A stretch of DNA of 64,000 bases. It comes from an uncultured archaeon (GTDB lineage: Archaea > Aenigmatarchaeota > Aenigmatarchaeia > QMZP01 > JACQNV01). The position numbers were made by a program, and so were the translations under genes. The DNA lies in assembly GCA_964410585.1 (NCBI GenBank), contig CAYPFW010000001.1, forward strand, positions 320,001 to 384,000, given 5' to 3'. Shown here piece by piece: positions 58,448 to 64,000 of this stretch. Each line of letters opens with the position of its first letter. Within the stretch, counting starts at the first letter, position 1. Under the pieces are notes generated by a model, which made no database searches, was not told where the DNA came from, and saw only the letters and a list, made by a program, of their open reading frames with translations.

Positions 58448-59710
58448 ATTGGCTCCATTTTCTAGGTCTATATTTTTGACCTGTTTTTTGCGATGAACTT
58501 TATGGCTTCCTTGCTTGCTATGCTTCCTAAAAACAAACCCCATTATAGTTGTGTAAAGTGTAGTCCCAAGGATGACTATAAAGCCAATGCTCAATATTTC
58601 GTTTCCATATGGAAGACCCATACTTAGCGGTAGTTGAGACATAACAGCTGCTGCTAAACCTCTGGGACCCATCGCCCTTATTATATTTTTTTCATTGCCC
58701 CTGAGAACCATTTTATATGTAGCTATTTCAGTTGAAAGTAATCTAGCCAATATTATGATTCCAAGTATTGCTATTCCGTATACAATAAACTGTAGGCTAC
58801 TCACAGCAGCTATCAAACCCAAATATACAAAAAAGAAAGATCTTATGAAGAAAGAGATTTCAAATTGAGTTGCCCTGACTCCCTCATATTCATCCCTACT
58901 TTTTTCCCTGACTTTCAGCATTTTATAAAATGTTCTTTTATTTCCTAATACTAAACCAAACAACAGAGCAGCTATTGCTCCGCTACCTCCAGATGACTCT
59001 ACAATAACATAAATAACAAAAAGGGCTGCCAAAGTCAGCATATATTCTAAGTGTTTTTCTTTTAGCCTATCACCGATTAGAAGCCAAATCACACCGCCAA
59101 TAAGGCCTACCATTCCACCAATAGAAAACGCGCTTACTATTCCGGCTATCGGACTTATTGCACTTATTTCAGTTCCGCCTGCCATCAAACCAATCAATAC
59201 AATTGGTACAACTATTGTTATCGGATCATTGAGTATAGATTCTAAGGTTAAAACAGTTTTCACATCTTCCCTAATCCCTTTGATTCTCCCTACAATTGAG
59301 GCCACAGAAGCAGAACTTGTTCCGCTAATGATGAATCCAACCAAAAGACTTTGAAGTATACCAAAATTCAAAAAATAAAATACAAATAAAGCAACAGCAA
59401 CGGCAGAAACTATTACACAAACAATTGAAAGCAGCAGGCTTCTTGAAAAGTTTCTGACAACTTGATAAAAATCCATGTTCAGGCCTGCATCAAACAGGAT
59501 TAGTATAAGCGCAAGCGCAGAAAGAAGAGGTAGAACTGCGATGAAAACTGCCCTATCTATCCAACCAAGAACAGGACCCAAAATCAAACCAAGCAACAGG
59601 AGCCATATAACATCTGACACACCTGTTCTTTTGAAAATCAAAGATCCAATATAACCGATGACTATTGTTATCGCAAACAAACCAAGAAAACTTAATGCCT
59701 CTAGTGCCAT
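58424..59710 (-). CDS. CPA1/NhaP-type cation:proton antiporter
   Basis: ILFDAG, LES.LND, FF..LG and PRGLAAA motifs. Confidence 0.9.
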   Translation of the reverse strand: MALEALSFLGLFAITIVIGYIGSLIFKRTGVSDVIWLLLLGLILGPVLGWIDRAVFIAVLPLLSALALILILFDAGLNMDFYQVVRNFSRSLLLSIVCVIVSAVAVALFVFYFLNFGILQSLLVGFIISGTSSASVASIVGRIKGIREDVKTVLTLESILNDPITIVVPIVLIGLMAGGTEISAISPIAGIVSAFSIGGMVGLIGGVIWLLIGDRLKEKHLEYMLTLAALFVIYVIVESSGGSGAIAALLFGLVLGNKRTFYKMLKVREKSRDEYEGVRATQFEISFFIRSFFFVYLGLIAAVSSLQFIVYGIAILGIIILARLLSTEIATYKMVLRGNEKNIIRAMGPRGLAAAVMSQLPLSMGLPYGNEILSIGFIVILGTTLYTTIMGFVFRKHSKQGSHKVHRKKQVKNIDLENGANSTPVENK

Positions 59711-59816
59711 ACAATCTATTGTATTGAGTAAATAAAAATCAGATTCGGTAGAATTTTATAACTACTATAAAGAGGTGAAATATAATCTTTATAAAGGAAA
59801 GTCTCCAAATATCAAT

Positions 59817-60158
59817 ATGCCAAAAAAATCTGCTAGGAAGGTTGTCAAAAAAGAATTAGAACATGTCCCCGAGTTTTCAATTAAACCAAGGAATGTTTTC
59901 ATCGCTGGCGCCATTATTTTGCTTGTAGTTCTTACTTTTGCGCTTTCCCAGACCAAAACAAGCCAAACAGCTTTTGCTATTGCCAAAATGCCTGAAAAAC
60001 CACAATCAACACAAGATGGGACTATAAGAAATTTACAGGAAGTAAGAACAGAATTTGGCTCAGTTTGCAAATACGAGCTTTTCAAAAACGGGGAATGGAC
60101 ACAAAACCACTTTTCTAGCTTATTGTGCTTAGAGCTGACTAATAAGGTTTTACAATAG
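59817..60158 (+). CDS. Small single-TM protein
   Basis: Basic N-terminus, one TM segment, short ectodomain. Confidence 0.55.
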   Translation: MPKKSARKVVKKELEHVPEFSIKPRNVFIAGAIILLVVLTFALSQTKTSQTAFAIAKMPEKPQSTQDGTIRNLQEVRTEFGSVCKYELFKNGEWTQNHFSSLLCLELTNKVLQ

Positions 60159-60195
60159 ATCCTGCTTTTATATATTTACTTATACAAATTTATAG

Positions 60196-63100
60196 ATGGG
60201 ATGTAAAAGCGTCTTCATATTTGTTTCTAGTTTAATTTTAATTAGCCTAATTGTTTCTGTACAAGCACGCGATACCCCTTATACAGAAGACGGACTTACT
60301 GTGCTGAAGGTAGAAGAGTTTACTTTGGCTTTGGGCGGATCAGATGGCTGTAAAAAAGACTATGACAACAATGGGACAACACCTCTTTCGCAGCAAATTT
60401 GGACGCCTAGTTTTATTTCGTCAAATGTGTATGGAATTATAAAAGATTCGTGTGGAACATATTCTACTGAGCTATCTTCTGAAGCTGTCATAAAAGAAGC
60501 TGTATGCGAAGAAGGCTCACGTTCCAAGCTCCTTTGGATAAGACTTCCCAAAGGAACAAGCTGTGAAACAAACCAAAATTCAGCTGTTGGTACAACAGGT
60601 TCTGGATATTTAACAGGTGATGTATGTACTGACCCTGATTTAGGAAAGGGGGACGAATTCATACAACAAACATATGTAACCTCTAGATATGGATCAAGAC
60701 TCGATAAGTGTTATAGTATTACTGATTCACCGGAGCCAGGTTCCCAAGCAACCTCTAGGATAAGATATGATCTCAAAGTCACAGCAGGAAGGACATTCAA
60801 AATCCCATTTTTACAGGAGCAAGTTTGCAGTAGCTTAGGATATGCAACAGCTGATTGCGATCAAGAGTTTGGAAAGAAAATAAATGATACACATTATGAA
60901 GTTTGGGGATGCGGAAAACCAGGAAAAGACCCAACAAGATGGGGGGAATGGGAAAACACAGGACGGTGTGAATATTGGGGAGATTTTGAAAAGAGAACAT
61001 CTACAAGCACGGGACCAACAACAGAACCTGAAACAAAGCCTGATGGCGATAAAACACCAGACGGTGAAACGACAGGACCAACTGGAACAATTGAACAGTG
61101 TTCAGATACAGATAGGGATGCAACAAAGAATCCAAATAACCCAGATAAGATTCCCACAATTGGTGGTACAACTGTTTCTGGAGGACAGAGGACTTTAGAT
61201 AGTTGTGAAATTTATTATGATGATAATAGAAAAGAATTTGTCCATTCTTTGAACGAGGCTTTCTGCGACAAAAAAGGAGTTAACACAGAAAGAGTCTACT
61301 GCAATGCTGTTTATGCTAACAATAGAGATTATAGAAAAAATTATGCAGGTGAAGGGACAATTGGAAACAGCCTTTTCCCAGAACTAACAACAGGCTCTCA
61401 GTGCTATTGTCCTGGTGGATATGAAAAAACTTTGGTTCCATATGAACATTGGAAGTGTAAAGGATCGTCTCCAGGATATTGTGTTCCCCCAGAATTTGAT
61501 ATTGGATTTAGACCAGAAGGAGAGGTTACAGGACCGACATCAGGCCCAGCAACTTTAGGAAGAAATGAAGGTGTTATTTGTGAAGATCTTCCTGATGCAG
61601 GCGACATACCCTCTATAAAATCAACTGCTACAATCAAGGGTGAGAAAAGTGGAGCTATTGTTAAAGAAGAGCCAGATAGATGCGTATCAATTAAAGGTAG
61701 AACAGTCAAATGGTACAATCCGCTGTCTTGGCTAAACAACTATTTGTTTGTTAAAGGCGATTTCTTGAGAGAAAGTGTTTGCGATGGAAATGCAAAAACC
61801 AAATTCAGTTATTATAGATGCAGCGATGAGCCGGGAAAGGGATGCTTAAATGAAGGATCTTGTACAAACGCAGTTCCTTTAGAAAAGGAAGCTCCTTCAT
61901 TGGATATGTTTGGAAAATTAAATGCTCTAAAAAAAGCAGTGGATGACGCAATAAACGGCTTTTTTGGCGGAACAACAGAATTATCGGGGCCGGAAATACC
62001 AACAACTGAGAGACTACCAACTGAGAATGAGACATGCATAAACTATGATAAAGACAGGATAGAGGTACTGACAAGAAGCGGAGCAGCTGAGTACCAAAAT
62101 GGAAAGATTTTGAGACTACCTGATACATGCATGCCTGGCACCCAAATAGATCCAACAAAACTGAATTCATATTCAACTATCCTACAAGAGCAGTTATGTG
62201 AAAATGGGAAAATTGTCACAAAACAAGTTAACTGCGCAAGACAGCTTGGTGGAGTTTGTTCAGAAGGCTTAGAAGGACAAGGAGCTGCTTGTGTAAAACT
62301 AGATAAAAAAGAATACGAAAGCCCAGTAGATGCACGCGTTGTAAAGCAGCATTGCACAGACAATGATGCTGATAATGAATATACTGCATCTTATGTTGTT
62401 GATGAATTCAATATCTTACCTGATAAATGCTTAGATTCTTCACATCTACAAGAAGCAATTTGTCCAGAAAACATAGATACAAAAAAACTAATCAATTTAG
62501 ACAATATTGAAGACAGATCAGGAAAATATAGGACACTTGAGTGTGATTGTGTAACTGATCTAAATGGGCTTGGAAGATGCGATGGAAACTACAAACCATC
62601 GGGTGAAAAAGTTGTTGTACATCCAAAATCAAAACCTGAAGCAAACACAAAAATAGTTTGCGAAGACAAACCAGACGGAGGTAATAGACCCTTGTTTGGA
62701 TCAACTGTAACAAGGGAAGTAACAGCAAATGGAAGGATTGTTGTCAGACACTCGTTTAGAGATAAGGGTGTTGTGCTTACAGGATCTGGGTTTTTAGGGT
62801 TTGGAAAATCAAATTCAACTTATTTGAAAGAAGGCGTTTGCGAGCAAAACAATGGAGCAAGCATTGGATTCAGATACTACAAATGCTCGGATGGGTTTGT
62901 GTCAGATACAACAGGAAATGGGGATATTTGTAAGGGGTCAGCAGAACCAGTAGACGACGCAGAAACTATCGAGAAGATAAATGCTGTGGCTGGTGGATTA
63001 AAAGTATCTAGACCAGCAACTCAACCAACCACGCCAACAGAATTTGTGACAATGCTTATTGGAAATTCTCAACTGGCAAACACAATTGAAGAAGGCAATC

Positions 63101-63930
63101 TAGACGAAGCTTTGACAGATGAAGAAAGGCAAGCACTGCTAACAGAATCACATGGTCTGTTCACACGACTTTTGGTTCAAATTTTCGCCCAACCAGCTGG
63201 TTTGCTTTTGAACCAAGCTGCACAATTGGGTGAAGCTGCAAAAAGAAAAAGATGTGAGATACAAGATCCTGTGAGAATTGAATTCAAATCACATAGAGAT
63301 GCGAAACTTTTCTCATTTGATTCAGGAGTTAACACTCCAATGCCACCAAAAGCTGAACTAAAAGTATTCTATGGGGGAGGAGAGTCTGACTACTGTTTGT
63401 TTTATGATGGTAATGGGGAAAATTATGACAATAAATTAGATGGGACAAGTGGAAAAGGTCTTTCACTTACAAAAACAGCTGAACAAGAATATGGGGAATA
63501 TGCCAGACAAACAAGGGATGATTTCATACGTGAACAGGTAAGAAAATTTAAAGAGCTTGTGAATGAAGAAGTGACTAACAACCCTGATAGCCTTCGTATA
63601 GATGAGGACGAAAGACTTGTGTACCAACCCACAGAGAGTGGTGGTTTAGATCTAGTATCAACGGGGGAAACTAGTACCTCTGTTAGAATTAACACCTATT
63701 CTGGAAGGGTCAAAAAGAATATTGGAGAAATTAATGGCTTTTCCTATATAGCTGTAGACGAACAAAGCGATGGTATAACAGATACTTTTGTTTATAACTT
63801 AATGATTGTAGATAATCAGTGGGGGGGAGCATCAGGTAAAAATCTTATTTTAATTTCAGCAGATTCCTCACCATGGATTAAAGACCTAATTCAGGATTTA
63901 GTTAAATTCGCTAAAGAAAGAGCTGGCTAA
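60196..63930 (+). CDS. Large secreted Cys-rich repeat surface protein
   Basis: Signal peptide, about 6-7 modules of C.D.D...D.C...L.E..C, and Thr/Pro-rich linkers. Confidence 0.7.
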   Translation: MGCKSVFIFVSSLILISLIVSVQARDTPYTEDGLTVLKVEEFTLALGGSDGCKKDYDNNGTTPLSQQIWTPSFISSNVYGIIKDSCGTYSTELSSEAVIKEAVCEEGSRSKLLWIRLPKGTSCETNQNSAVGTTGSGYLTGDVCTDPDLGKGDEFIQQTYVTSRYGSRLDKCYSITDSPEPGSQATSRIRYDLKVTAGRTFKIPFLQEQVCSSLGYATADCDQEFGKKINDTHYEVWGCGKPGKDPTRWGEWENTGRCEYWGDFEKRTSTSTGPTTEPETKPDGDKTPDGETTGPTGTIEQCSDTDRDATKNPNNPDKIPTIGGTTVSGGQRTLDSCEIYYDDNRKEFVHSLNEAFCDKKGVNTERVYCNAVYANNRDYRKNYAGEGTIGNSLFPELTTGSQCYCPGGYEKTLVPYEHWKCKGSSPGYCVPPEFDIGFRPEGEVTGPTSGPATLGRNEGVICEDLPDAGDIPSIKSTATIKGEKSGAIVKEEPDRCVSIKGRTVKWYNPLSWLNNYLFVKGDFLRESVCDGNAKTKFSYYRCSDEPGKGCLNEGSCTNAVPLEKEAPSLDMFGKLNALKKAVDDAINGFFGGTTELSGPEIPTTERLPTENETCINYDKDRIEVLTRSGAAEYQNGKILRLPDTCMPGTQIDPTKLNSYSTILQEQLCENGKIVTKQVNCARQLGGVCSEGLEGQGAACVKLDKKEYESPVDARVVKQHCTDNDADNEYTASYVVDEFNILPDKCLDSSHLQEAICPENIDTKKLINLDNIEDRSGKYRTLECDCVTDLNGLGRCDGNYKPSGEKVVVHPKSKPEANTKIVCEDKPDGGNRPLFGSTVTREVTANGRIVVRHSFRDKGVVLTGSGFLGFGKSNSTYLKEGVCEQNNGASIGFRYYKCSDGFVSDTTGNGDICKGSAEPVDDAETIEKINAVAGGLKVSRPATQPTTPTEFVTMLIGNSQLANTIEEGNLDEALTDEERQALLTESHGLFTRLLVQIFAQPAGLLLNQAAQLGEAAKRKRCEIQDPVRIEFKSHRDAKLFSFDSGVNTPMPPKAELKVFYGGGESDYCLFYDGNGENYDNKLDGTSGKGLSLTKTAEQEYGEYARQTRDDFIREQVRKFKELVNEEVTNNPDSLRIDEDERLVYQPTESGGLDLVSTGETSTSVRINTYSGRVKKNIGEINGFSYIAVDEQSDGITDTFVYNLMIVDNQWGGASGKNLILISADSSPWIKDLIQDLVKFAKERAG

Positions 63931-64000
63931 AATTCAATCAATTTTAAATACTTTTCGCTTTTTTTTGTTTAGAATATAAAAGTTACTACTAATTAATGGC

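Overview
AT-rich archaeal chromosomal segment, most likely DPANN and possibly Aenigmatarchaeota-like; this is inferred from gene content and divergent translation proteins. It carries many informational genes: scpA/scpB, Hel308, valS, aRF1, EF-2, EF-1alpha, rps7/12/13/4/11/3ae, rpl3, rpoD, aTrm56, Taw1, RNase Z, dnaK/J/grpE and a DHH nuclease. It also has three toxin-antitoxin pairs, Cys-rich surface proteins and an ORFan-rich accessory stretch at 13.8-18.2 kb. The main non-obvious result is two cryptic tRNA genes with multiple introns: tRNA-Thr(UGU) with 2 introns and tRNA-Leu(GAG) with 3. Several of these introns are built from the same short palindromic elements that occur in about 18 places between genes, in three families plus one shared motif. 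The elements nest inside one another and sit exactly on start and stop codons of ribosomal-protein genes. Other oddities are an aRF1 with GGW in place of GGQ, an rps12 with an apparent ATT start and altered conserved loops, a G8-frameshifted receiver gene next to an HPr-like gene, and a convergent RelE-type TA pair flanked by a duplicated rps3ae 3' end.
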